NCBI GenBank assembly: GCA_965204745.1
Contig: OZ242010.1
Location: 3,392,001 to 3,456,000, forward strand
Origin: Candidatus Latescibacterota bacterium
Lineage (GTDB): Bacteria > Latescibacterota > UBA2968
Direction of reading: 5' to 3'
Length of the DNA: 64,000 bases
Shown: one piece after another, positions 1-9,713 of the stretch
Layout: each line of letters opens with the position of its first letter
Position numbering within the stretch: the stretch's first letter is position 1
Translations under genes and position numbers: made by a program
The notes under the pieces: model-generated
The model's input: the letters and a program-made list of their open reading frames with translations, nothing else
The model's database searches: none
Told to the model about the DNA's origin: nothing

Positions 1-60
1 ATTCGCCTTGCTTCGCGTCCTTATATCTTTCACGGGGCATCGCCCCTACACACTGCTCAC

Positions 61-174
61 CTTTGAACTGGCTGTCGCCAGTTGTACCCCGCTCGTGCCT
101 TTGAACTGGCTGTCGCCAGTTGTACCCCGCTCGTGCCTTTGAACTGGCTGTCGCCAGTTGTACCCCGCTCGTGC
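61..174. repeat. Three tandem copies of a 38-bp palindromic intergenic repeat (core AACTGGC-TGTC-GCCAGTT); dispersed family
   Basis: Unit CTTTGAACTGGCTGTCGCCAGTTGTACCCCGCTCGTGC x3 with no spacers; related copies near 6830, 31250-31345, 31760, 38080-38165, 42975-43070. Confidence 0.9.
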
Positions 175-235
175 CTTTTGTGCCTTTTGTGCCTTTTGTG
201 GCTAAAATCCCCTCTCACCTCTCGCCTCTCACCTC

Positions 236-892
236 TCACCTCTCGCCTCTCGCCTCTATCCGCTCGATCTCATCTCGGATCATCCCCGCGTCTTCGTACC
301 GTTCTTCCTCGACGGCCTTATTCAACTCGTCTTTCAAAACCTCGAGCAACTCATTGGGATCGATATCCCGCCCTTGCGAATCCACGCCTTGGATGGGGCG
401 CTCTATTGCTTGCGCGATATCCGAAACGTCCTCTGCCTTCACGAGACCGACGGCCGGGGGTTGCAACCGCCGGAGTTCGTACCCCTGTTCCGTGCGGTGA
501 ATCTTGAACCCCACCTGCTGAATAATTTTGGCATCCATATAAATCGGCGCGCCGAACTTGAGTGCGAGCGCAATGCTGTCGCTAGGACGGGCGTCGAACC
601 GCGCCTGCTTCTCTCCAACAGAGAGGACGAGTTCGGCATAAAACACCTGATTCTTCAAATCCACAATCTGCACCGCCTCGATCTCGGCATCGAAATACAG
701 CAACACCGCTTGCAACAAGTCGTGCGTCAGCGGGCGTTGCATGGTCTCGCCGGCCAGTTCTGCACAAATGGACAAATACTCGGTCTGTCCAATTTCAATG
801 GGCACCATCACCCTGCCCTCAACACTCCGCAGCCACAGCACGCCTTGCTTCGACTGATCCCGCTGCAAATCCTCAACGCGCATTTCTATCAT
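236..892 (-). CDS. Bifunctional nuclease family protein (DUF151) with C-terminal UVR domain
   Basis: RPLTHDLL, FYAELVL and DARPSDSIALAL motifs; C-terminal AVEEERYEDAGMIRDEI; start placed at MIEMRV. Confidence 0.9.
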   Translation of the reverse strand: MIEMRVEDLQRDQSKQGVLWLRSVEGRVMVPIEIGQTEYLSICAELAGETMQRPLTHDLLQAVLLYFDAEIEAVQIVDLKNQVFYAELVLSVGEKQARFDARPSDSIALALKFGAPIYMDAKIIQQVGFKIHRTEQGYELRRLQPPAVGLVKAEDVSDIAQAIERPIQGVDSQGRDIDPNELLEVLKDELNKAVEEERYEDAGMIRDEIERIEARGER

Positions 893-1056
893 GACACGCT
901 CCATTGCAATAGCACACAACCAACACATGGACTTGGGAAGAATAGGGAAAAATCCATGGATTGCAAACGAAATTTCCACGCTGCATTCGGGCGTTGACAG
1001 CAATGCGAAAAACCCGCATACATGTAGCGACCAACCGCTCTGATCCGGAGGCCGAT

Positions 1057-1878
1057 ATGCAACGCTCACTTTCCGTCCGCGTCGCCGAAAGTTTTCGCGA
1101 CAAACGCAACCTGACTATCGCCCTGCCCAAACTCGCGGCCATCGCCCAAAACGCGGGGTACAAAGCCCTGTGCATGCGCGCATCGGCCGCGGGCGCGCAC
1201 AGCCCGAAAGAACACATCCGCGACGTGCGACACCTGCTACAAAAACACGCCCTCGTCGTCTCGATGGCAACGGGCGATTTTGCCATCCCCGAAAACGGCC
1301 CCAATGGTCCAGACAGCTTACGCAATATTACCCCCCACCTCGACTTGGCCGATGCCCTCTCCTGCGATCTCTTGCGCGTCTGCCTCAAAACCGATGCGGA
1401 CATCGCGCCCGCCCAGCGCGCCGCCGATGAAGCCGCAGAGCGCGGGATTCGCTTGGCGCATCAATCGCACACGCAAAGCCTCTTTGAAACCGTCGCCGGA
1501 TCGCTCGATGTCTTGCAAAAAATCGACCGCCCCAATTTTGGCCTCATCTACGAACCGGCCAATTTGGCCCTGTGCGGCGAGGACTACGGCGAGGAAACCC
1601 TCAAACGCTTCGCGCCCCATCTCTTCAATGTCTATTTGCAAAATCACGTTCCCGATCCCAATGGCGACATGCCCATGACCACATGGGTGCGCGGCACAGT
1701 GCCATCCACCTTGCGCCCCCTCGACGAGCCGGGCGGGATCGATTTTCAGCGCGTCTTCGACGGCTTGCACGCCATCAATTACGCGGGCTACGTCACCTTG
1801 CACCACGCCTTTGCCGGCGACCTCCCGCCCGACCAGGCCGCCATCCGCTCCGCGAATTTTTTGGACTCTTTTTGTTAG
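1057..1878 (+). CDS. Sugar phosphate isomerase/epimerase (xylose isomerase-like TIM barrel)
   Basis: GIRLAHQSH, NFGLIYEPANL, GGIDF..F..L.AINYAGYVTL pattern; GGAGG RBS before ATG. Confidence 0.8.
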   Translation: MQRSLSVRVAESFRDKRNLTIALPKLAAIAQNAGYKALCMRASAAGAHSPKEHIRDVRHLLQKHALVVSMATGDFAIPENGPNGPDSLRNITPHLDLADALSCDLLRVCLKTDADIAPAQRAADEAAERGIRLAHQSHTQSLFETVAGSLDVLQKIDRPNFGLIYEPANLALCGEDYGEETLKRFAPHLFNVYLQNHVPDPNGDMPMTTWVRGTVPSTLRPLDEPGGIDFQRVFDGLHAINYAGYVTLHHAFAGDLPPDQAAIRSANFLDSFC

Positions 1879-1886
1879 GAAAGATC

Positions 1887-3851
1887 TCATTGCGGGGAGG
1901 TGTCCCATTGATCTCCAGCTCTCTTCTTCACAAAGATCTGCTCGTGAAACACCGGCCGGCTCCAGCCCAGAAAGGCATTGTCGGCCACGTTTTCGTAGGG
2001 CACATTGCCCAAGCGCGTATTCGCCCCCCAAACGTGATACGCAGAGCCAATCGCAATAATCGGAACGTTCTCCGTGTGCAGATCGCGCACCCGAGTCATA
2101 TACACGCGGAGTTTCGCCGTATCCACCGTCGTCATCGCCAAGCGCGCGTACCGCGTGGCCTCGTACAACCAATCCGGGCCTTCGTCCCAGGCGTTTTGGT
2201 GCCAATAGGGCACGTTCTTCGCCAGCACGGCCCAGCCGATGGCATACGCCAAGGGATCGTTCGGCCCCTCCAGCCCCCAATAGTGGACATCGTATTCGCA
2301 GTTGTATCGGCGCGGCACAATAATATCGCGCAATGCCCCGTTGAGATTCACCTTAATCCCCACCTCGCGCCAGTGATCCGCGACCAATTCCGAAACCGGG
2401 TGCCCGTTGAACATGCCGCCGGGATGGACAAAATCAATCGTGAGTTCAAACCGAGACCCATCCCGAAGTTCGCGGATGCCGTCCCCATCCGCATCCACAT
2501 AGCCCTCGCGGTCGAGCAGGCGTCTGGCCTCGTCCGGGTCGTACTTTGCGTACTTCGCGTACGCCGTAGCAGAAAAGTACGGGCTAATCGGCCCAAAAGA
2601 ATAGCCCGATGGTTCGAGCAACCCGTGAAAAACGATCTCGTTAATCTCCGCCCGGTTCACCGCGTGCGACAGCGCGATGCGGACATTCTTATTCCGAAAC
2701 GCCTCCCGCAAGGCCGGCTTGGGCGCGTCCCAGTTGAGATGGTACGCCGGCCCCCTGTTAGGCCCGGTGATGCGGAGTGCGAATTTCCCCTTCTCCTCCT
2801 CGGCTTTGAGCGTGGGGAACATGTCGATGCGCGTATAACGCCCGATCAAATCGAGTTCGCCATTGATGAATTTGAGGAGAATCACCTGCTGATCCTGAAT
2901 CACATCGAAGACGATGCGATCCGCATAAGGCAGTTGATTGCCCGCGGTATCGACCTTCCAATAATACGGATTGCGTTCATAGACAATGCGTTGCCCGCGA
3001 ATCCACTCCACTGGAACCCACGCGGAGACGCGGGGCATGCCGGGCCTCATCAGCAACTGCGCGCTAGTCGTAGCCGTGCGAAAATCCCGATAAGTGGCTT
3101 TGGGATTGTATCGCGGATGCATGGGCAACAGAACGTGCCGGGGCGCGGCGACCAACTCGCGGCAGAGTTCCCGAAGCACGCGCCCCATGGGCTTGGGCGA
3201 CGAGATTTCAAGCGTGTGCGAATCGATTTTTCTGAACCGCAGGGGCTTGCCATCCACCATCCACCCCGCGGGCGGAAAGGGATTTTGGCGAGCGTCGTCG
3301 TCAAACGTCATGTCGTAATACCAAAACAGAATATCGTCAACCGTGAACGGATGCCCGTCCGACCACTTGACGCCCTTGCGAATTTTGAACACCGCGACCC
3401 TGCCACTGTCCGAGTACGCAAACGCCTCGGCCAAACTCAGTTGAATACTTCCCGGAAAAGGGCGTTCAAAGCCCATCAGATTTTCGTTGAGGGTCTTGCT
3501 GGGGCCAGGGGTTTGCACGATATCCCCGGTAAGCGCGCGCCGCAACATCCCGCCATACGTCCCGATTTCTTCAACCGGCACGATGACCAAGGGATTCTCC
3601 GGCAGGCGTTCAGCCACGGGCGGAAGTTCGCCCCGGCCGACTCGTTCCGCCACCATCGGCGCTTCCCGAAACGCGCGGTTCTGGAGAATGGCGGGATCGA
3701 TCTCGAGCGGCGCGCGCGTCACAGCCACTTCCCGCTTCTTCTGAACCCGAGACGGCGCCCCCACCTCCCGCCCATCATCCGGCGCGAGACACCCTGCCCA
3801 CACGAGAACAGCACATCGACAAAGCCAGCGCAAATGACGTTCTATATCCAT
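1887..3851 (-). CDS. ABC transporter substrate-binding protein, family 5 (peptide/oligosaccharide), probable lipoprotein
   Basis: GELPPVAERLP, IRKGVKWSDGHPFTVDDI, ERNPYYWKVD.GNQLPY motifs; lipobox-like WAGC. Confidence 0.9.
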   Translation of the reverse strand: MDIERHLRWLCRCAVLVWAGCLAPDDGREVGAPSRVQKKREVAVTRAPLEIDPAILQNRAFREAPMVAERVGRGELPPVAERLPENPLVIVPVEEIGTYGGMLRRALTGDIVQTPGPSKTLNENLMGFERPFPGSIQLSLAEAFAYSDSGRVAVFKIRKGVKWSDGHPFTVDDILFWYYDMTFDDDARQNPFPPAGWMVDGKPLRFRKIDSHTLEISSPKPMGRVLRELCRELVAAPRHVLLPMHPRYNPKATYRDFRTATTSAQLLMRPGMPRVSAWVPVEWIRGQRIVYERNPYYWKVDTAGNQLPYADRIVFDVIQDQQVILLKFINGELDLIGRYTRIDMFPTLKAEEEKGKFALRITGPNRGPAYHLNWDAPKPALREAFRNKNVRIALSHAVNRAEINEIVFHGLLEPSGYSFGPISPYFSATAYAKYAKYDPDEARRLLDREGYVDADGDGIRELRDGSRFELTIDFVHPGGMFNGHPVSELVADHWREVGIKVNLNGALRDIIVPRRYNCEYDVHYWGLEGPNDPLAYAIGWAVLAKNVPYWHQNAWDEGPDWLYEATRYARLAMTTVDTAKLRVYMTRVRDLHTENVPIIAIGSAYHVWGANTRLGNVPYENVADNAFLGWSRPVFHEQIFVKKRAGDQWDTSPQ

Positions 3852-4060
3852 ATCGAACCCCCAGTACCTAGACCTAATCCCTAATTCCGTTATAGGATCG
3901 CCCCTTAGAACTTGTCTTAAAATGCGAATTAAGAGTAGAAAGCGAGTAGGAAGCAAGCCGAGACCAATCGCCCAAAGACATGGACGAGTCATCCATTACC
4001 GAATCGCCTTTTAGAACTCGTCCTAAAACAAACGATAGATGTTCTTCCCCTTCCTCGTAG

Positions 4061-4280
4061 GACCTATCCCCCCGGCCCCCTTTCCTACAAGGAAAGGGGG
4101 AGCGCATGGCTTTTTGAAGGTTTGTCTCCCTAGCTGTTCTGATGGCTTTGAGCGAATAGATCACGCTCTGGAAACCCAAACCCCTCGCACAACCTCTCGC
4201 CATTCCCCCCTTCCTCACAGGCACAGGCGTAGCCTACAACGAAGCGTAGCGAGTAACGGGGCCAGGGGGGTAGGTCCCAA
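4061..4280. repeat. Cluster of REP-like GC-rich hairpin repeats
   Basis: GGACCTATCCCCCCGGCCCCCTTTCCTACAAGGAAAGGGGG and CACAGGCACAGGCGTAGCCTACAACGAAGCG recur at 38391-38710. Confidence 0.75.
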
Positions 4281-4363
4281 TAAATGGATTCAATGCTTAA
4301 TTCGCACTGACAACTGACAACTGACCCAAAATGCCCACGATCCAACCGACAAACAAGCCCATT

Positions 4364-5236
4364 ATGACCCGTCGCACGTACAAAGCCGACGCCCTCCTGC
4401 TCCTCATCGCGGGAATATGGGGAACGACCTTTGTGGCTCAGCGCATGGGCATGGACCACATCGGGCCTTATGCTTTTAATGCGGCCAGGTTCTCATTGGG
4501 CGCGTTGTTGCTCCTCCCTCTCGCAGCTATGCGACCGCGCATCGCGCCGGTTTGCCACACCCTCAAAGCCGGCGCCTCGCTCGGCATCATCCTCTTTGGC
4601 GCGGCGTCCTTTCAACAGATGGGCATCGTCTATACCACCGCGGGCAAAGCCGGCTTCATCACCGGGCTATACGTGATCATCGTGCCCTTTCTCGGGTATT
4701 TCACCCGCTTACACATCGACCGCTACGTTTGGACGGGCGCGCTACTCGCCACAGCCGGGCTGTATTGCCTCAGCATTCGGGAAACCTTGGCCTTTGCGCC
4801 GGGGGATTTTCTCGTCTTTGTGGGCGCGTTTTTATGGGCCGCACACCTCTTGGTGATCGGCCGCGTCGCCGCAAAACACGACGTCTTCCACCTCGCGGCC
4901 ATCCAATTCGCTGTATGCGGGCTTTGCAGTTTGATCGCCGTGCCCTTTGTCGAAACCCTCGCCCTCGCCGATCTCCAACGCGCTGCATTTCCCATTGCGT
5001 ACACCGCCCTATTTCCGATAGCACTCGGTTTTACCCTGCAAATCTACGCCCAACGCCACGCGCCAGAAACCCACGCCGCCATCATCTTGAGCTTGGAATC
5101 CGTCTTCGCCGTACTCGCGGGTTGGCTCATCCTAAACGAATCCCTCACACCGCGCGAACGCATCGGCTGCGTCCTCATGTTCGCAGGCATGATCGTCGCA
5201 CAGCTTTTCTCCCACAAACAAAGGCCATCACCATGA
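4364..5236 (+). CDS. DMT/EamA family transporter
   Basis: IWGTTFVAQ, TTAGKAGFITGLY, AIILSLESVFA; about 10 hydrophobic helices. Confidence 0.92.
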   Translation: MTRRTYKADALLLLIAGIWGTTFVAQRMGMDHIGPYAFNAARFSLGALLLLPLAAMRPRIAPVCHTLKAGASLGIILFGAASFQQMGIVYTTAGKAGFITGLYVIIVPFLGYFTRLHIDRYVWTGALLATAGLYCLSIRETLAFAPGDFLVFVGAFLWAAHLLVIGRVAAKHDVFHLAAIQFAVCGLCSLIAVPFVETLALADLQRAAFPIAYTALFPIALGFTLQIYAQRHAPETHAAIILSLESVFAVLAGWLILNESLTPRERIGCVLMFAGMIVAQLFSHKQRPSP

Positions 5237-6174
5237 ACATCCTCACCCGCGGAGAACGCGCCCCCGACTTTGTCCTGCCCATCGCAGACGGCCCGCAAAC
5301 GCGCTTTTACGCCCGCGCAGGAGGTCGGCCAACCCTGCTGATCTTCACGCGAGAAAACCGGATGCCAAAAAACCTGCATCCCTCCGCCGAGATCGACCTC
5401 TTCCTCATCGGCCCATCCGCTATCGAAAAGGCCGCCGCAACCGTCTTCATCGACAAAGACAATGCCGTGGGCAAAGTCTATGGCCTCAGCCGGGAGTTCG
5501 CCGGATTCGCACTTGACCCCAACCTGCGCGTCCTGTCTGCGATCCAGCACCCCAATGCCATCGCTCAACTCTACCGCACGCTCGACGATCTGCCTGATCA
5601 TCAGCCCATCGACATCGACATCCACGCGCCCGTGCTCCTCATTCCCAAGGTCCTCACGCCCGAAATATGCCGCGTTCTCATCCACGTCTGGGCCACACGA
5701 GGCCATCGGGAAACCGGCGTTGAACGCTCCCAATCCGGGGCGCGGCGCGACATCCTCGACCCAGAAAACAAAAAGCGCCGAGACCATCAGGTCGCCGACG
5801 CCAACCTCTTGAAATTGCTGACCACCACAGTGGGCCGCCGCGTCATGCCCGAAATCCAGCGCGCCTTCCACTATCGCGCCACGCGCTTCGAGGGCTTCAA
5901 AATCGCCTGTTACGACTCGGATGCCGGCGGTTTTTTTCGCGCCCACCGCGACAACCTCAGCCCCGCAACTGCCCATCGCCGCTTTGCCCTCACCCTCAAT
6001 CTCAACGCCGATTACGAAGGCGGGTACCTCGTCTTTCCCGAATTTGGCCCCCATCGCTATCGCCCCGGCGCAGGCGATGCCATCGCGTTCTCCAGTTCCT
6101 TCCTCCACGAAGTCCAACCCGTCACCCGTGGCCGCCGCTTCACCCTGCTCTCATTCCTCGACGCCCCGCGCTAA
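5233..6174 (+). CDS. 2OG-Fe(II) oxygenase with N-terminal peroxiredoxin-like domain
   Basis: GERAPDFVLP N-terminus; HRD...LHEV...R facial triad and 2OG-binding motif; ATGA overlap with upstream stop. Confidence 0.85.
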   Translation: MNILTRGERAPDFVLPIADGPQTRFYARAGGRPTLLIFTRENRMPKNLHPSAEIDLFLIGPSAIEKAAATVFIDKDNAVGKVYGLSREFAGFALDPNLRVLSAIQHPNAIAQLYRTLDDLPDHQPIDIDIHAPVLLIPKVLTPEICRVLIHVWATRGHRETGVERSQSGARRDILDPENKKRRDHQVADANLLKLLTTTVGRRVMPEIQRAFHYRATRFEGFKIACYDSDAGGFFRAHRDNLSPATAHRRFALTLNLNADYEGGYLVFPEFGPHRYRPGAGDAIAFSSSFLHEVQPVTRGRRFTLLSFLDAPR

Positions 6175-6179
6175 CCCAT

Positions 6180-6809
6180 CTATGGATTCGGCAAGGGAAA
6201 TTTCTCGGTGATCAGCATTAAAGGGCGTCCCCCTGCGAGAATGCGATACGTGCGGCTCAACAGCAACTCCGCAGAGAAATGCCGACCGACCTCGGAATCC
6301 CGCTCAACCCGTTCAGCACCGTACCAAAGACGCTCGCGGTGCGTCTCCAGTCGGCTACGCGCCAACACACGTCCCAGACCAGCACCGGGCCTCGCCAAAT
6401 CCGCCTGTACCTCCTCGGGCAGACGTCGCGGCAACAGGGCCGAAATCGCAAAAATATAAACCTCGCCCGTGTGATTGCCCTTCAGCAACACCTGCCGGTC
6501 GATTACGGGTTCGCCCAAACCCGCTTCCAGCCAAGGATGATCCGCAGTCAACCGCCGCTCCCGTTGGTCCAGGCGAACAACATCCACCGGCTCGCCCATA
6601 CGCGCCTCCAGCACCTGCGTCACCGTGCCATCCGTGACCAGCAACACCCGCTGAAACGGGCTCAGCCCTTCCATCTGCACCGGCTCCAGTTCCTCTGGCC
6701 TCGCGTCTTGTGCCATGAACAAGCGGTTGATCAGGGCTTCGACACCCTCTTCGGAACGCTGGTTTTTCAAAATGCAATCCTCTCGTATCTTTGGACGAGC
6801 ACGGGGCAT
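6180..6809 (-). CDS. Chorismate pyruvate-lyase family protein (DUF98/UbiC-like)
   Basis: QRVLLVTDGTVTQVLEA, GLGRVL, SRTYRI...LMLITEKFP motifs; start uncertain. Confidence 0.8.
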   Translation of the reverse strand: MPRARPKIREDCILKNQRSEEGVEALINRLFMAQDARPEELEPVQMEGLSPFQRVLLVTDGTVTQVLEARMGEPVDVVRLDQRERRLTADHPWLEAGLGEPVIDRQVLLKGNHTGEVYIFAISALLPRRLPEEVQADLARPGAGLGRVLARSRLETHRERLWYGAERVERDSEVGRHFSAELLLSRTYRILAGGRPLMLITEKFPLPNP

Positions 6810-6892
6810 CGCCTCTACACACTGCTCGCCTTTGAACGGCCTGTCGCCAGTTGTACCCCGCGCGTGGCTAAACTTCCATTGGTCTCATTACG

Positions 6893-7078
6893 GGCAACGC
6901 CAGTCAAGTACCCGTCAAGTAGAATAATCATTTTGTTTTCAACAAGTTATGAAAAAAATACAATCACACGCCGGTTGCCAGTCAAGTACCCGTCAAGTAA
7001 AATAAATGTAGTATCTTCAGTAAGTTAGGAGAAATATAGGCTCACCTCATAGATCGTCAGTCAAGTACCTGTCAAGTA
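6893..7078. repeat. Three GTCAAGTA-N3-GTCAAGTA tandem boxes; the first 96 bp are a direct repeat of 20979-21074
   Basis: 6893-6988 vs 20979-21074 differ at 5 positions by eye; boxes at ~6903, ~6981, ~7060. Confidence 0.9.
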
Positions 7079-7081
7079 GAT

Positions 7082-8572
7082 CTACAATACCTTCAACTCT
7101 TCTGGAGAAGCCCAGAACGGTACGTATTTCATGTGCTTGGGCGATGCCTCGGGAACATTTGCAACGATGAAACCCGCCTCCACAGCGTCGCGAATGAGGC
7201 GCGAGGCCATCGACCGATTTTTTTCCTTAATCCCGAATCGCTCGCGAATTGATGTGTTTGTCAAGTAGTCTCGCTGAATATATTTCAGACAAGCGTGCAG
7301 ATAACACGCCCGCACTCGCTCTGCCTTGTCCATATCGGACAGCGTCTTACGGGAAAACAAGACAGTGCGCGTGAACCCTTCCGGATTTTCAAAAAGCGGG
7401 GCGGGCAACTGGTGAAGTTCAACTTCAAAAACGACCTTGTCGATCCCGCTTCCTCGTTCCTCGCAAATTCGAAACCGCCTTAATAGCGAAGCCAGTTTCT
7501 CGTTGCGGGATTTCGGCGGACTATCGAGGAAGCGTTGGGTATCCACCAGCGGCTCGCCTGGATTCGTAATCTCAATGCGGTCTTTGAATATCTCTACCAT
7601 CGGCCCGGCACCAGTTGCGAAAAAGTCCTGATGGATAAGCGCGTTCGCCACCAATTCACGCACGGCTAATTTGGGAAATTCTGGGATGGTCTGGCGCAAT
7701 GCCTGCTCAATGACCTCGTGCGTAGGCAACCGGGCGTTGATATAATCTATCAGCCCCTCAAAACCAGAAGCGTAACCCCTTACGCCTTCCCGCTCGCCCA
7801 ATGCCTCAAGACGATCATTGCCGCGATACTCGATGACACGCATGGCCTTGCGCTTTAGCCTCGGAAAATCACTGAGGTTTTTAGCAAACAAAATCGCTCC
7901 CAAATTCGTGATGTTGAATCCACCCGCCTCGCAGGGCGCGATCAACCCATCCCGCTGTAGCGCATCGAGGATGGCGGCGTGACCGTCGGGTAGCGGTACA
8001 TTGAGCAACTCGAAGTACTTCGGATAGTCAAATTTGAGCAGGATGTCCCCACCACTTAGCCGTTCGGCTGCGATGCCTTCTTCAAAGCTCACCCGGTCAA
8101 ACACGCGCCAGAGCGTCCGTTCCTTTTCGGGATAATCTTTGAGTTTTCTCGTCGTGCTACTTACCCGGATATATTCAACGCCCTCGAACGCGACTGGATG
8201 GTGCGACGCACGGTCAATCTCCAGAAGCACAACGCGCTGTCCATCAGCCACAATTTCGTGAAAACGGAAATCGATGCGAGGTTGCAACAGCCGTAGCAAC
8301 CAAGTCTCGAGCGGCTCGTTGCCCTTTTTCGCAGTGGTCGGCGAGAAGGCCGTACCGGCGACGACATGCGTTCCGTTTTCGATTCCCCAAAGCAGGTATG
8401 CATGGGTCTTGCCGTGCAAAGCCGCGGCGTTGGCCAGTGCGGAGATGTACTGCCCGATGGCATGCGGTTGACGGTGGTTGACTTTGAACTCAACCCAATC
8501 GGTCTCGTGCGGTAGGTTGCACAATTCGCGCACCAAACCGAGGAGGTAATCATGGTCTCGGTTGTTGATCAT
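7082..8572 (-). CDS. AlbA_2/Schlafen-domain ATP-binding protein with RecG-C/HATPase_c_4 domain and C-terminal wHTH (R-M associated)
   Basis: ETDWVEFK...YISALANAA, RELVANALIHQDF, IEITNPG, CEERGSGIDKV, KYVPFWA. Confidence 0.88.
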   Translation of the reverse strand: MINNRDHDYLLGLVRELCNLPHETDWVEFKVNHRQPHAIGQYISALANAAALHGKTHAYLLWGIENGTHVVAGTAFSPTTAKKGNEPLETWLLRLLQPRIDFRFHEIVADGQRVVLLEIDRASHHPVAFEGVEYIRVSSTTRKLKDYPEKERTLWRVFDRVSFEEGIAAERLSGGDILLKFDYPKYFELLNVPLPDGHAAILDALQRDGLIAPCEAGGFNITNLGAILFAKNLSDFPRLKRKAMRVIEYRGNDRLEALGEREGVRGYASGFEGLIDYINARLPTHEVIEQALRQTIPEFPKLAVRELVANALIHQDFFATGAGPMVEIFKDRIEITNPGEPLVDTQRFLDSPPKSRNEKLASLLRRFRICEERGSGIDKVVFEVELHQLPAPLFENPEGFTRTVLFSRKTLSDMDKAERVRACYLHACLKYIQRDYLTNTSIRERFGIKEKNRSMASRLIRDAVEAGFIVANVPEASPKHMKYVPFWASPEELKVL

Positions 8573-8589
8573 CTTTCAGCGCACTCCGT

Positions 8590-8865
8590 TTAAGCTTGGT
8601 CGCTTTCGTCAAAACTCGGCACCTCGGCAATCGCATCGTCAAGCGACCTGATCGCTTCCCGCACATCCACTTGCCCGGTGACCACATCGGCGATCAGGCG
8701 CGTGCGGTATTCGCTCAACAATTCGATCTCCCGCTGGGCGCCGTCCATGTCGTCGTCCAGATTCCCGACGTGCTTTTCAAGCCGCCGGTCTTCGGTTTCG
8801 ATAAACACAATGCCGCTTCCGTCGCTGTTTCGCACGGCGCGGATTTCATTGATTTCATCCTGCAT
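8590..8865 (-). pseudogene. Chimeric ORF: unrelated N-terminus fused to the HsdS C-terminal conserved segment
   Basis: AQREIELLSEYRTRLIADVVTGQVDVREA nearly identical to the hsdS C-termini at 11425 and 22798. Confidence 0.75.
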
Positions 8866-9166
8866 GATGAATCCCCCCGCAAAAAAGCACCGACCTGATT
8901 CCTCCGTCAGTGAAATAGGGCCCCGCGCCCAAAGCGCTCTTAATCAACCGAATCTCGTCGGCGGCAACTTCAAGCCGACGACAGCCCGAAAAGGGCCCGG
9001 TTTTCATCATGGGATATGTCGCTTTGACGCGAATCGGCACGCCCATATTGGCCCCGTTTTTATCCTTGGTCAAAACAGCATGAAACACAACAACCTCCTC
9101 GTCGGTCAACTCCGTGTACGTCTCAACCTCGTTCACGTAGTTCGACCAGCAGTTGAGAATCCACAC
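8855..9166 (-). CDS. Hypothetical protein (possibly mobile-element derived)
   Basis: 103-aa ORF overlapping the next ORF start; no recognisable motif. Confidence 0.4.
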   Translation of the reverse strand: MWILNCWSNYVNEVETYTELTDEEVVVFHAVLTKDKNGANMGVPIRVKATYPMMKTGPFSGCRRLEVAADEIRLIKSALGAGPYFTDGGIRSVLFCGGIHHAG

Positions 9167-9713
9167 CGCTCTTTCAAATCATAACATCTTGTCACATCTT
9201 GTCACAAATCGCACAATTTGAATAGACGCTTCATCGGGTCAGCGTCCAAGCACTTACAACCTCTTGTCCGTCTTACAACACCTCCACGTCCGTTTTTTAC
9301 TTGGTCGGGTGAGCTCTCCGGCCAAGGGAATAGTTTTTAAGTGGGACACCCACATACCATTCTCCGTCAAGGTTTTACACTGGCACGGGAATCTATCGCC
9401 TGGTGATGCGCTAGTGCGTATGGTTCTCATACACAAAACACCTTCGCCAGTAACCGCATACCTTCGCCAAATATCAAAGAACAAAAATCCGCCGATGGTT
9501 GTCAACAAAGCCCCGCTTTGCCCCCGGCGGAATGAGAAAAATACAAATAGGGCGTGGCGACTAGATACCCTGTTTGGACGACCACACAGGTCAAAAGGTT
9601 TTATTTTTTCGATTTGTTCCATTTTTTTGATTTGTTACCATTTGTTACCATTTTCGCACACTGTTAAAAGCCCCGTGTTCCTTTTTTATCTCGGTGGTCA
9701 GGCCATGGGGTGC

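Noticed and set aside
61-174. Possible CRISPR array (38-bp palindromic repeats)
   Set aside because: Repeats are head-to-tail with no spacers, recur across the window, and no cas genes are present
1572-3884. 770-aa plus-strand ORF and similar long antisense ORFs (15965..17581, 18756..20306)
   Set aside because: Shadow frames opposite well-supported genes in GC-rich DNA
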